The translations under genes were made by a program, and so were the position numbers. Below, one piece after another: positions 1 to 12,194 of a stretch of 64,000 bases of DNA (within the stretch, counting starts at the first letter, position 1; every line of letters begins with the position of its first letter). The stretch lies in the NCBI GenBank assembly GCA_963764165.1, contig CAVXRD010000001.1:224001-288000 (forward strand). The letters run 5' to 3'. The notes beneath the pieces are model-generated. The model worked only from the letters and a program-made list of their open reading frames with translations. It was not told the origin of the DNA and made no database searches. The DNA comes from an uncultured Verrucomicrobiae bacterium (lineage in GTDB: Bacteria; Verrucomicrobiota; Verrucomicrobiia; Limisphaerales; Palsa-1400).

Positions 1-2675
1 CGTTTCCCGGCCTGACTGTGCGCCAAATGCGCGGCCTGGCGGGAAAGCGAGCGGGCTTTCAGGACTTCAGGCAGTGTGCCTTTGGCCAGGTCAGTGGCGG
101 CGGGCCGTTCACCGGAAACCGCGACGGCATCCATGAGGGCGTCTTTGTTGTCGGTGTAAACCTTGATGGCCTCGACACCACGCGAGGCGGACACGTAAAA
201 CTGTTCGCGGGAAGCGGCGGGCAACGAGGCTTCACATTCGGCGACAAACAGGCGCTGAACGGTTTTGCCCTGTGAACTGTGCGACGTGACGCAGTAGCCG
301 TGAGCCAGGTTGCCGAAATTCTTGTCCAGCACCCAACCGTTATCCAAAACGATGTCACCCTCTGCCGTGAATTTCCTCACCCTCCGCAGTTCGCCGTTAT
401 TGACACGATGACCGTCTTTTGTCTGGCCGTTTCGGGTGATGCGGATGTGTTCGCCCGGCGCGAGCGGCAACTTGCCCGCCTCGTACACGTCAAATGAGGC
501 GGAGCTTCGCCCCACCGTCAAAGAGCGTTGCGACCCATCGGCGCGTTGCACGGCAATCTGATTTTGTGCCCGGCCCGTGACCGTGACCTTTTCGCCCCGC
601 GTGAACCCCGCCGTATTTTGGTGGAACTGCACGACCAGCCCCGGTTGATAGTTTTTGACATCCGCGCGTTGCGCTTCCGTCCAGCGGAGATTCTTGAGTT
701 GCACGACCTCCTTTTCTGTTGCGCCGAGTTTTTGCAGAGTTTTCAATTCCGCGCGAATTTTTTCCGTGACGCGCCCGCCTTCGGCGTGGGTGGGCGAGAC
801 GACCAGGGCGGACTTGTTATCCTTGACTGCCTGCAAATAATCGGTGGCGAGCATCTGGTAGCGTTCGTCTGCGGGGACTTCCAGGACCGCGCCGAGCTTT
901 TCCAGACCGGCAAAGCCCCCCTCGACATCGCCATGACGCAGGGCGTTGACGGCTTCCCGATACGTGGCGTCGCGCTGGCGGCGGATCTTTTTTATCTCCA
1001 CGGCTTGCAAGGCGGCATGACGTTCCAGCAGCCGGAGCGCATCGCCCCGTTCGACGGCGCTGTGTTGCGCGGTGTCACCGGAGAGAATGACGCGGCAGTT
1101 CTGTTCTTGCGCCAGTTGCGCGACCTGTTTGAGTTGAGGCACGGACAAAAGCCCGGCCTCATCAATCAGCAGAACGCCATTGCGGATTTCATCCTGCATC
1201 TTGCGGCTGTGCAGCAGCGCGGCGACCGTGGTTGCATTCTCAAAGCCTTCCGACCGGAGGACGCCGCGAGAGGCTTCCGCCGATGGGGCGAAGGCAAAAA
1301 CTTTATGACCAGCAGACTCGATACCGGCGACCGCTTCCTTGAGCATGGTGGTCTTGCCTGTGCCCGCGCCGCCACGGACGGCGATCACGCGATCCGGCGA
1401 CCGGAGAATGTGAAACACGGCGTTGCGTTGCTCCTCAGCTTCTGACGTCCGCAGTTGCGGATTTTGGATCTGATACGGCTTGTCGTTGAGCGGCGGGCAT
1501 TTGCCCTGGCCGTGACCAACGAAATCAATCAGTTGTTTTTCCTCCGCCAAAATCTGTTTTGTCGTGAACCACACCCTGCCATTGCGTTCCCTCTGGATAA
1601 ACTCATCCCGTAGAAGCTGGCGTTTGACCTCGTTGACATTGAGCGAGCCGATGCCGTGGTGCAGGGCTTCGCGCAGCAGTTCCTTGTCTGTGGCGACCGA
1701 GGCGCGTTCGTAACGGTGAGCAATGGCGTAATCCATCGCCAGTTTTGCCGTCATGCTGTTGACCTCAATTTTCGGCGAATCAGGCTTGATGCTGGCCAGA
1801 GCGTTTTTTTCATCAGCCGTGAGGCGACCGTTCCAGATTTCGCGCAGTTGTTCCCTGGTGATGCCGTGCCGTTTGTTTTCCCGCGAGAGCGCGGCCAGCA
1901 TGTCCTTTTCTTTGGCCGACGTAATCCCGCGTTCCGCTGCCAATGCTTCAATTTGTTTGGTGCGGAGCGAAAACTTGTCCAGAATTGTTTGAGACACACC
2001 GGCGATCTCCCAGCCCTTTTCCGTTCGGTCAACTCCGTAGCCAATCTCAGCCAGCCGTTTGGCGAACCGGGCGTGAAAGGCGGCTTCGTAGTAAGGCGCA
2101 TCCCGTTTCAAATCGCCGAACTCCCCGGCCTTCCAGCGTTGCTCCACGTTGTCCCAGGTGGCGTTGAAGGCGAAGCAGTGCGCGTGCAAGTGGGGGTCTG
2201 GAATGCCCTTGACCGGACGCGCCGTAAAATGATGGAACTCCGCCCATACCAGATTGCCGGTATTGCGGCCACTGTTTTCACCGTGAACCCGGACGCGGGT
2301 TCTCATGTCCGTTTCCAGTTCCAGCATCGTCTCCGTGACCGATATTTTGAACGCGCCAAAAATCCGTTCATCCCGGTTTTGCTCGTACACGACCGACACC
2401 GACTTTGGGCAATGGAAATTGAAATCGTACCCGCCCCGCCGGTTCTCCTTCGTTCGCGGCGTTAAGGATTCATCCGAACCCGGTTTCAAATTATCGGCCA
2501 GGGCATCAAAGGAACGCTGGTCAACCCGTCCAGACAGCCCCAACCGTTCCGCGCCCAAACCTTGCCATTGACCGATGACCTCCTGCCCTTCCGAGTAGTA
2601 ATCTTCGCGGCTCAAGCCCTGAGTATAATACTGCTTGGCTTGACCGGCGCTCACACTGGCAACGACTCGCAACAT
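1..2675 (-). CDS. mobF: MOBF (TrwC/TraI-like) conjugative relaxase-helicase, 3' end outside window
   Basis: Hand translation from ATG at 2675, open to the window edge. N-terminus MLRVVASVSAGQAKQYYTQGLSREDYYSEGQE (catalytic YY/DYY), YDFNFHCPKSVS, HUH motif DPHLHAHCFAFN. SF1 helicase motifs RGGAGTGKTT, LIDEAGL, LSGDTAQH, HGYCVTSHSSQGKTV, FYVSASRG. Confidence 0.93.
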   Translation of the reverse strand, partial: MLRVVASVSAGQAKQYYTQGLSREDYYSEGQEVIGQWQGLGAERLGLSGRVDQRSFDALADNLKPGSDESLTPRTKENRRGGYDFNFHCPKSVSVVYEQNRDERIFGAFKISVTETMLELETDMRTRVRVHGENSGRNTGNLVWAEFHHFTARPVKGIPDPHLHAHCFAFNATWDNVEQRWKAGEFGDLKRDAPYYEAAFHARFAKRLAEIGYGVDRTEKGWEIAGVSQTILDKFSLRTKQIEALAAERGITSAKEKDMLAALSRENKRHGITREQLREIWNGRLTADEKNALASIKPDSPKIEVNSMTAKLAMDYAIAHRYERASVATDKELLREALHHGIGSLNVNEVKRQLLRDEFIQRERNGRVWFTTKQILAEEKQLIDFVGHGQGKCPPLNDKPYQIQNPQLRTSEAEEQRNAVFHILRSPDRVIAVRGGAGTGKTTMLKEAVAGIESAGHKVFAFAPSAEASRGVLRSEGFENATTVAALLHSRKMQDEIRNGVLLIDEAGLLSVPQLKQVAQLAQEQNCRVILSGDTAQHSAVERGDALRLLERHAALQAVEIKKIRRQRDATYREAVNALRHGDVEGGFAGLEKLGAVLEVPADERYQMLATDYLQAVKDNKSALVVSPTHAEGGRVTEKIRAELKTLQKLGATEKEVVQLKNLRWTEAQRADVKNYQPGLVVQFHQNTAGFTRGEKVTVTGRAQNQIAVQRADGSQRSLTVGRSSASFDVYEAGKLPLAPGEHIRITRNGQTKDGHRVNNGELRRVRKFTAEGDIVLDNGWVLDKNFGNLAHGYCVTSHSSQGKTVQRLFVAECEASLPAASREQFYVSASRGVEAIKVYTDNKDALMDAVAVSGERPAATDLAKGTLPEVLKARSLSRQAAHLAHSQAGK

Positions 2676-3245
2676 GACACGGCCAATATAAACCGTGCCA
2701 TGAACCAGCGCAAAAAATGGTAATGGTTTGCAACGACCAAGCCATAAACCCAGTGAAATACCGTTTTGCTCAACCGCAATAAGACCGCAACCCCGAACTC
2801 AAATCATGACCAATGCAGCGTGAGCATGGCAACCATGAGCCATGTAACAGCGCAAAGAGCGCAGTGCAGGCTTACAAAAGTTAAGCCTTAAAACTTACAG
2901 ACATCTCTCCTAAGCGGAGCTTGAGGCGGGAAAAACGGGCTGGCACATCACGGCGAAATCGCGTGGAAATCTCCGAGCTTTCCAACGCTCATCCAGCGTT
3001 TTTCCAGCCGAAATCCGAAACCGGTACAGCCGTCGTCTCGCAAGATTGCTCATCAAAAAACCGCGCCGTGACAACGCGAGTCATCTCCGCGTTCCGTTTT
3101 GCGTCATCGTGCTGTTGACCTTCTGGACCACGCCTACTACGGAGCCACCCATTTTCCCAAGCCCGCCAAGCCTGATCCGGCCAGTCGATGCCAACGTCGG
3201 AAAAGAACGGCGCAGGCGTGTATCGTAGGACAGGTCTTGAATTTT

Positions 3246-4621
<1,376 letters not shown>

Positions 4622-4625
<4 letters not shown>

Positions 4626-5734
4626 ATCTCGATCCGCACAAGCGCGCCTCCTTCGGGGCGATTGCCAAGAATAAGACGGCCCCCGTGAGCGCAAACTATG
4701 TTCCGAGCCACGCTGAGTCCGAGGCCCATCCCTCCTTCCTTTTCCGAGTACAACATTTCCGCACCGCGCCGAAGCGCCGTTGGCGAAAAACCACAACCCG
4801 TGTCGGCGAATCTGATGTCGTTTACAGAAACGGTTATGGAGAGCATTCCTCCTTTGGGCATCGCTTGGATCGCGTTCAAGATGATGTTATGAAAGACTTG
4901 GGCAAGACGGTGGATGTCTGCTTGGACACTCCGAGGCGTCGAGGCGGTTACTGCGATACGGACTTTTGCGTGACGAGCGGCGGGCTCGAGTACTCGCACG
5001 ATCTGCTCGATTAGCTCTACCAGAGCAATATCTGTTCGCCGTGGCGGCTCAGGGCGGGCCAGAAACATCCATTGATTGAGCATATCCTCGATTTTGGCGG
5101 CTTCATGGACGATCAATCCCGCGCCAATGGGTTCTTTTTGTTCCAATAATTGGCCGTGCAGCCGAATGGCGGCAATGGGATTGCGAATCTCGTGCGCCAA
5201 AGAAGTCGCGATGGAGCCGAGCAACCCTAAACGTTGGGCGTCGAGATACGGTAGCGTGACCGCCCAAGCCAAGGCAAACCAGAGCGCCCAAAAGGCGGTC
5301 AGAGCGCCCACGGAGATCGGTTGAAGCAAAACATCTCGCAACAGTGGGCGTTTGCGAATCAAAGTCAGTTCCGCTCCCGAATTGATCGGGACAGTCACGG
5401 CTTCGTGGCGAGCATCTGGGGCTGGCAAGCGTTGCAACTGGACTTCAATACCGCGCAATTGGCTAAGGTGTCCCGCAAGAAACTTGGCTTGTACAAGTTG
5501 GGCGGCGCGGATGAAATCGGCGTTGGCCTTGGCCGAAAGCCCTTCAGTGCCTTCTTCCGATTCAATTTTGGTGTTGTCGCGGATATAATCAGCATTGGCT
5601 TCGGCCAGCGCCGCAAGTTCGGAATGCGACTGGCGTTGAAAGGCCGCATTGAGCAAAAAGACCATCCCAACGGTTCCGACCGCCGCAAAGAGCAGGAGCG
5701 GCCCGGCAATACGAATCCAGTGACGCTTATTCAT
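4622..5734 (-). CDS. Membrane sensor histidine kinase
   Basis: Two TM segments, H-box LAHEIRNPI, N-box NIILNAIQAM, G-boxes DTGCGF and GMGLGL. Confidence 0.92.
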
Positions 5735-5858
5735 GGATACATTTTATACTTAACTGGCCCATCATTGAACAAGTTCTATCCACTTTCAAACATTTTTTGG
5801 TCTTTTCGTAGTGACGTAAACTCCTTTCTATATAGGAGTTGTGAATTGCCGTCCGATC

Positions 5859-5874
5859 TGGCCCGTTAAGTGCT
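5859..5874 (+). promoter_or_regulatory. Sigma-54 (-24/-12) promoter for the YVTN/TonB receptor genes
   Basis: TGGCCC-GTTAA-GTGCT matches TGGCAC-N5-TTGCW spacing. It lies ~55 nt before the ORF and is divergent from an NtrC-family activator. Confidence 0.7.
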
Positions 5875-5928
5875 TAGTTTGGCGCTGGCAATTCTTTTCG
5901 GGCCGACATTGATCCATTATTTTGATTT

Positions 5929-7012
5929 GTGAATAGACTTTTGACTGTTTGTGGGTGGGCTTTGGTTTGCGGTTTAGTTCTGTTCGGAACAACCGTAAGA
6001 ATCCAAGCCGACGAGAATTATTACCTCTACGTTTCCAACGAGCGGTCTGATAACCTAACCGTAATTGATGCCGCTACACGCCAGGTCGTAGCCACTATCC
6101 CTGTCGGCAAACGTCCACGCGGCATTCACCTCAGCCCGGACGGTAAAACAGTGTATGTTGCCGTCAGCGGCACGCCCCCTGAACCACCCCCAAAGCTCGA
6201 TGCGAACGGCAATCCCATTTTTCAGAAGGGCCACGACGAGGACGATGACGATAAAAACGCCGACAAGTCCGCTGACGGTATAGCAGTGGTAGATGTCACT
6301 CAACAGAAGCTCACCGGGAAATTGCCCGCAGGTTCAGACCCGGAACAGTTTGCGGTCAGCGCGGATGGCACGCGGCTGTTTATTTCAAATGAAGACGTTG
6401 CCACCGCAAGCGTGCTCAACATCGTCAGCGGCAAAGTGGAAAAAATCATCCCGGTTCACAAGGAACCGGAAGGCGCGGGGGTCCGGCCCGATGGCAAAGT
6501 TTTTTACATCACCTGCGAGACGGACGGAGAAATCTTCGCGGTGGATGCCTCCACTTTCAAGGTGATCACGCGTTTCAATGTAGGCGGTCGGCCTCGCTCT
6601 GTCGATTTTCTGCCGGACGGTTCACGGGCGTTCATTCCCTCTGAATCGGCAGGCCAACTGCACGTCATTGACTCCATCAATCATCAGGTCTTGGAAACGG
6701 TCGAGTTGCCCAAGGGTTCAAGGCCAATGTGCGTAAAAGTTTCGCCCGACGGAAAGAAAGTTTATGCGGGCGCTGGTCGGGCCGGGACGATTTGCGTGAT
6801 GGACGCCCAGAGGCACAAGGTGTTGAACACCATCAAGGCAGGCAAACGGCCCTGGGGCATCATCATTTCACCCGATGGCAGGTTTCTGTACCTCAGCCAA
6901 CGGCCCGTCAAATGACATCTCTGTCATTGATCTGGCGACTGAAACGGAAGTTCAGCGCATCCCGGCAGGAGCAAGCCCTTGGGGAATTCTGCTGGTCCCG
7001 AAAGCTCTTTAG
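5929..7012 (+). pseudogene. YVTN beta-propeller protein (PQQ-catabolism-associated type) with a +1 frameshift near 6892
   Basis: Signal peptide and YVSNE/SPDGK..YV blades. Removing one C at 6891-6892 restores FLYSANGPSNDISVIDLATETEVQRIPAGASPWGILLVPKAL* ending at 7012. Could be a sequencing error. Confidence 0.8.
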
Positions 7013-7115
7013 TAAAATGATGCACAAACGACATTGGATTGAGATCGCCCGCTCTGTCTATTTGACCATTGTATGGCCACGCGCGGTTTGGTCCGCCAGG
7101 CGCGATTCTTGGCCC

Positions 7116-9296
7116 ATGAAATTTTGTTGCGGCGCGCTTGTTATGTTGACACTGTTTGTGCCCTCCCTGCACGCTCAGCAGACCAACACGCCCGCTACCT
7201 CAAGCGGGCCTGAGACCTCGATTCCCTTGCCGCCAGTCACCGTCATTGGCAGAACCAATGGGGGGTCCCTAACTTCACCGCCCATAAGCGACGCGGCCCG
7301 AAAAAAGAAGGAAGTTCCCGGCGGCTTCACAATTCAAGGTATCGACGACCTCAACAAGAGCCGCGCATCCAGCTTGGATGATCTGCTCCAGAACGCACCC
7401 GGCGTTATTATGCTCTCAGAGAACGAGGCCGAAGTGAGCAAGATTTACATGCGCGGCTACGGCGTGATTCAGGAGGATGAGCCGAGCAGTGTGTGGTATT
7501 TGCTTGATGGTCTGAGCCTGAATCAGGCCGACGGTGAAATGATTATCGAAGACCTGGACGTTGGGACGTTTAAATACGCCGAGGTTTACCGCGGCGCGGA
7601 CGCTTTGCAATATGGCGGCTTGACGCTGGGTGGCGCCATTAATTTCGTTCCGTTCACCGGTTACGACGCCTCCCCGTTGAGCGTCAAGACTGAGGGCGGC
7701 AGTTTTGGTTTCGTGCGGTCGACGATCAGCAGCGGCGGCGTGGATGGGCCATTTGATTATTACGTCTCCGGTTCGGTCCGCTACCGCGAAGGCTGGCGCG
7801 ACCATAGCAGGGAAAGCACCGAACTGTTCTTTGGCGATTTCGGCTATAAGTTCAACGACCACCTGGAAAACCGAGTTTATGTTACCATAGATCAAACGGG
7901 TCGTGAACTGCCTGGCGCCCTTACCTTGCAGCAAATGGAGTCAAATCCGCGGCAGGTCGAAACGACCCCGGGAGCGCCGGAGGCCAATGCCATCACTCAG
8001 GATTGGCGCAAGGACTGGTACTATTTTCGCCTGGCCGACAAGCTTAGCTACAAAGAAGGACCGGAAGAAGCGGACGCAGGGTTTTATTGGTGGCACCGCC
8101 AAGCTTACGAACCCAACATATTCATCCCCGACAACACTCTTGCAGGCATCGGTTCATTCTACGCGGATGATTTCGGCGGCTTGTTCAACTCGACTACTCG
8201 CTGGGACTGGCTTGGCGGGGAGAACATACTGACCCTGGGGTTCACCCCCACTGTGGAGGATGAACATGATTTGTACCATGAAAACCTGGACGGTTCGGAG
8301 GGCGCACTGACAGGCAAAGACGGCGAATTGTCCATCAATGCCGTGCTTTACGGGCAATTCCAGCATTATCTGACGGAAAAGTTTTCCATTTTGCTGGGCG
8401 TCCAGGGCATATACGCCCAGCGTCATTTCTCAGATCTTTTCAACACCTCGGTGGATGGCGATCAATCGCGCAACCTGATTTACCGTGGGATCAATCCGAA
8501 GGTCGGGCTGATCTATGAGCTTAACGATAAAAACCAGCTTTTCACGAGTTTCAACCGTGGCTATCAGCCGCCATCATTTGACGACATGGTTTCCTTTGAC
8601 ACCGGCCCCAATACGAGCCAGGTCCTGACACCCGTGGAGGCGCAAACGGCCTGGACGGCCGAAGTCGGCACACGCGGCGAAGAAGGGCGGTTCAAATGGG
8701 AGCTGGCGCTCTACCATGCGTGGGTTCGCCACGAGTTGGTGGATGTTTACAGCGCCGAAACGGACCTCGACCTGGGAAGCCTGAACATTCCTCATTCCAT
8801 GCATCAAGGCGTGGAGGCAAGCTTGGAGTGGCGATTGTTTGATTCGATGTTCACGCAAGGGAACAAAAAGCGCGCCGGAGACCGGTTAACCTTGCGCCAG
8901 AACTTTACGCTCACCGATGCGCACTTCAGTCACGATCCCGATTTTGGAAATGATCGCATCGCCGGGATTCCGATCTACGACTATCAGGCGCAGTTGATGT
9001 ACGAGTCACCCTATGGGTTCTACGCTGGGCCAAATCTGCACTGGATCATGACCCGCTTCCCGGTGGACAATGCCAACACACTCGACTGTCCGGCCTACGT
9101 CCTCCTCGGATTCCGGGCCGGGATGGAATTGGGCAAGGGCTTCTCCATTTTCTTTGACGCGCGAAATTTATTAGACCAGCGGTACGCTTCCTCGGTTGAC
9201 CCGATCTCCAGCGCTTCCGCTTTTCAACCGGATGTAGCAGTCTTCCACCCCGGCGATCCGCGCTCTTTTTATGGCGGCGTGTCTTGGGTTTGGTGA
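7116..9296 (+). CDS. TonB-dependent receptor
   Basis: Signal peptide MKFCCGALVMLTLFVPSLHA, plug motifs LLDGLSLNQADG and EVYRGADALQYG..LGGAINF, C-terminal ARNLLDQRY...PGDPRSFYGGVSWVW. Confidence 0.9.
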   Translation: MKFCCGALVMLTLFVPSLHAQQTNTPATSSGPETSIPLPPVTVIGRTNGGSLTSPPISDAARKKKEVPGGFTIQGIDDLNKSRASSLDDLLQNAPGVIMLSENEAEVSKIYMRGYGVIQEDEPSSVWYLLDGLSLNQADGEMIIEDLDVGTFKYAEVYRGADALQYGGLTLGGAINFVPFTGYDASPLSVKTEGGSFGFVRSTISSGGVDGPFDYYVSGSVRYREGWRDHSRESTELFFGDFGYKFNDHLENRVYVTIDQTGRELPGALTLQQMESNPRQVETTPGAPEANAITQDWRKDWYYFRLADKLSYKEGPEEADAGFYWWHRQAYEPNIFIPDNTLAGIGSFYADDFGGLFNSTTRWDWLGGENILTLGFTPTVEDEHDLYHENLDGSEGALTGKDGELSINAVLYGQFQHYLTEKFSILLGVQGIYAQRHFSDLFNTSVDGDQSRNLIYRGINPKVGLIYELNDKNQLFTSFNRGYQPPSFDDMVSFDTGPNTSQVLTPVEAQTAWTAEVGTRGEEGRFKWELALYHAWVRHELVDVYSAETDLDLGSLNIPHSMHQGVEASLEWRLFDSMFTQGNKKRAGDRLTLRQNFTLTDAHFSHDPDFGNDRIAGIPIYDYQAQLMYESPYGFYAGPNLHWIMTRFPVDNANTLDCPAYVLLGFRAGMELGKGFSIFFDARNLLDQRYASSVDPISSASAFQPDVAVFHPGDPRSFYGGVSWVW

Positions 9297-9560
9297 ATTT
9301 CAGAAGGGTTAACCGTTTCAGATACGTGTCGGAGTGACCACCACTTCCTGACAAAACCAAGCCATTTCGCCCTTCCGGTTCGGCCGTTCGCAAAAGCTGG
9401 CTCGACAACGCCAGGCGTTTCGTCCCAATGACGATTCAACGGACACTTCTTTGTAAACGCGCCAAGCGCCAACCGCACCCTCCGCAATCCTCTGCAAACC
9501 TCTGTTTCCATCTAATTTCCATCCGTTTTCTTGAAAAAATCTATTCGTGACCGACTGGTA

Positions 9561-9896
9561 ATGGCGAAGGACGAGAAAACGATGTCGCAATCATCGATGG
9601 AATTATTATTGACGGAGGCGCAATCCGCGCCCGCCAAACCGAGCCGCAGCAAGCTGGAAACACACCGGGCCGCCATTAGCGAACTGCGCCGCAAACGCTG
9701 GACGTTCGCGGAAATCGCGGACTGGCTCAGAGAGCGAGGCGTGAGCGCCACGACCAGCAATGTGCATCGGTTTTTCCGACAGACTAAACACACGCCGCCA
9801 TCCATTGAGCCGGTGCGGGCGCAATCAGCGTCGCCGTCCGCTCCAGTTGATGCGGAGAAACCGAAGCGCAAAATCCGCTTCAACATTCCATTATGA
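9561..9896 (+). CDS. Small HTH DNA-binding protein of the mobile element
   Basis: SKLETHRAAISELRRKRWTFAEIADWLRERGVS is HTH-like. Stop overlaps the next start (ATGA). Confidence 0.7.
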   Translation: MAKDEKTMSQSSMELLLTEAQSAPAKPSRSKLETHRAAISELRRKRWTFAEIADWLRERGVSATTSNVHRFFRQTKHTPPSIEPVRAQSASPSAPVDAEKPKRKIRFNIPL

Positions 9897-10720
9897 AAAA
9901 CGTAAAACATCGCCTGCTCTTTCCGATGCAGGCCAAAGGAAACGTCGGCAAGAGCCTTGAAATCGCCACGCGCGCTTGCTGGTTCAGCGAGCGCGGCATC
10001 GAATGGCAAGGCTTTGATCTGGATGGCGACAATCGCACGCTATCGCGGCTCTTTCCCGGTGAGGTGCAGCTCGTGCCGATAACGGGCCGGACCGACGACC
10101 AGGACGAACTGGTTTCCATTTTGAAAGAAGTGACAGCCAAGCCCGTCACCATCGTGGACGCCCGCGCCCATCTGGACGGTGTATTGCGAACCGCCCTGCA
10201 AGCCACGCGGTTTTTCAATCTGGCCAAACAGCTAAACATCGGCATCACCGTGACCATGTTCCCGTTGGATGACGTGGACGTGATGACAAATCTGGATGAG
10301 CTTTGCCAATTCTGCGGCAGCCAGGTTGAATACATTGTTGTCAAAAATCCAGCCCGCGCAGCGCGAACAAAGATGTTCGATGGCAGCCCGCTGGATGACG
10401 AACTGAAGGCATTGGGGGCGACCATCATCACGTTGCCGCTCTTGTCGGAAATCGTAAAAATGAATCTGGCCTTTCTCGAAACCAAGCACGAGCGCGGCAT
10501 CCCGTTCAACGAAGCCATTGGCAGCGACGAATTGGGGTTGGACATTATGGCGCGGGGCATGTTGCAGGATTGGACCGGCCAAATGTTCAATCAGTACGAC
10601 CGCATCGCCGGAAGGCTTTTGCCCACGGCGGAAGCTGAGAAGATCAAGCCGAAGGCCGCGCCCGCCTTGGGCGAAGCGCCGCGAGCGCGGCGCGGGGCCA
10701 AGGTCAATTTCGCGCAATAG
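9893..10720 (+). CDS. ParA/MinD-like P-loop NTPase (StbB/TraL-like)
   Basis: Deviant Walker A QAKGNVGKS, followed by GFDLDGDN and TIVD. Confidence 0.75.
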   Translation: MKNVKHRLLFPMQAKGNVGKSLEIATRACWFSERGIEWQGFDLDGDNRTLSRLFPGEVQLVPITGRTDDQDELVSILKEVTAKPVTIVDARAHLDGVLRTALQATRFFNLAKQLNIGITVTMFPLDDVDVMTNLDELCQFCGSQVEYIVVKNPARAARTKMFDGSPLDDELKALGATIITLPLLSEIVKMNLAFLETKHERGIPFNEAIGSDELGLDIMARGMLQDWTGQMFNQYDRIAGRLLPTAEAEKIKPKAAPALGEAPRARRGAKVNFAQ

Positions 10721-10730
10721 GAGTCACCCC

Positions 10731-11684
10731 ATGACCGACAGCCCACCGCTTTTCGAGGAAATGCTGGCCGCGTATCCGGCGGACAAACGCGAATTTGCCC
10801 GCCGCGTCTATGACCGTTTTGCCAACGGCGATGCAACCGAGTTTTTCGCCCAATTGTTCTTGCTGCTCGACGTGTACGCCAATTACGCCAAGCGCATCCC
10901 GCAGGCAGTCAGCGAAACGAACCAGAGCACACTGGTATCATTGAAAAAAGTGCGGGAAGAAATCGGCTTGCTGGCGCAAACCGTGGAAACCCGCAGCGTG
11001 AATCTGGATAATCTTTGCGAGGAAACGACCGCCCTTTGTATGGCCGCCCAGGAGAAATGTGAAGCGGCGGCGGAACGGCTGGCCAAATTGACCAAGGAAA
11101 TCGGCCAGCAAGTGGACACCAAGGCCATTGTCGAAAGCATCCGCCAATCGGTTGACGCCGGCGTGCGGGCCGAAGTGATACAACCGTTCATGCAACGGAC
11201 GGAGGAATTAAGCGCAGACGTGCTGCCGACGCTGGAAAAAATCAGGAACGCGAGCGAGGAAGCCGGGCGGATATGGCCAGGACGCATTTGGAAAATGGCG
11301 TTGACTTGCGGACTGGTTTTGGGCCTGGCCGTGGCGATTGTCGGGACCAGCGCGGCGTATTTCAAAATCAAAAGTCATTACGACCGGACGCTGGCCGAAC
11401 AAATCGCGTCAGCCGAAAAGACGCTGGCGCAGAATCAGGCCGCGTTTCGGGAACTGGCCGTGGCGAATGTGCCCGTCCGAGTAGTGCGGGCGTCTGACGG
11501 CAACACTTTGCGGGGTGGTTACGCGGTGGTTATCGAAGGCATTTACACCACCGAAGAACGAACGAACCAAAACGGAAAGGAGGGAATAATTTACTTTTCC
11601 AGCCAGCGCAAGGAAAGCGAACTGGAAAGCATCCAGCGGGAAGTACAGGACGCCTATCAGAAAATGAAGGAGGCGGGCAAGTGA
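10731..11684 (+). CDS. Hypothetical coiled-coil protein with one TM segment
   Basis: AGGAG RBS, helical N-terminal region, TM LTCGLVLGLAVAIVG; same operon as the ParA-like gene. Confidence 0.7.
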   Translation: MTDSPPLFEEMLAAYPADKREFARRVYDRFANGDATEFFAQLFLLLDVYANYAKRIPQAVSETNQSTLVSLKKVREEIGLLAQTVETRSVNLDNLCEETTALCMAAQEKCEAAAERLAKLTKEIGQQVDTKAIVESIRQSVDAGVRAEVIQPFMQRTEELSADVLPTLEKIRNASEEAGRIWPGRIWKMALTCGLVLGLAVAIVGTSAAYFKIKSHYDRTLAEQIASAEKTLAQNQAAFRELAVANVPVRVVRASDGNTLRGGYAVVIEGIYTTEERTNQNGKEGIIYFSSQRKESELESIQREVQDAYQKMKEAGK

Positions 11685-11693
11685 CGGGGCGGT

Positions 11694-12077
11694 ATGAGGA
11701 AGTTCGGCACGCCTCGATTTTTGCCGGACAAACCGTTTGCACAGAGTTTAGTCATCCCGGCGGGCAGCTTTCTCGCGGGCTTGGTTGTGTCCCAAATCGT
11801 GCGGCCAGTCGGCCTTTACATCTGCATCGGCGCCGTGTTCCAACGCTGGACGTACAGCCGTCTTTACAAAGAGGAACGTACGCGCCAGATGGACCAACAA
11901 GACCGGCAGTTGATGAACGCATGGAAAAGCGGCGAAGCCGAGCGACAAACGCCGCCAATAATCGTTGAAGTGGCGAAGGGAACGCCGAGCCTTCACAGCG
12001 GAGCGGAAGAATCGGCCTTCAACGAACGCTGGCAGCGGGTGTTAAACCACCCACCGCCGCCGCCGGGCCAATCCTGA
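11694..12077 (+). CDS. Hypothetical membrane protein
   Basis: ATG 9 nt after the upstream stop, hydrophobic hairpin. Confidence 0.55.
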   Translation: MRKFGTPRFLPDKPFAQSLVIPAGSFLAGLVVSQIVRPVGLYICIGAVFQRWTYSRLYKEERTRQMDQQDRQLMNAWKSGEAERQTPPIIVEVAKGTPSLHSGAEESAFNERWQRVLNHPPPPPGQS

Positions 12078-12194
12078 AAAATCACCGGCGGCTAAACAAG
12101 TTCCACTCTTTCGCGGCACATAGTTCCCTTTTTATCGAATGCGCACGAAACGTGCTGTTTCCGTTAACATTCGCCATATATGATGCGGGCGGCA

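Noticed and set aside
528..2465. Long + strand ORFs (305 and 269 aa)
   Set aside because: Antisense shadows of the relaxase, which the ORF track missed because it has no stop in the window.
6729..7115. Extended N-terminus of the TonB receptor
   Set aside because: It overlaps the YVTN gene; the signal peptide points to a start at 7116.
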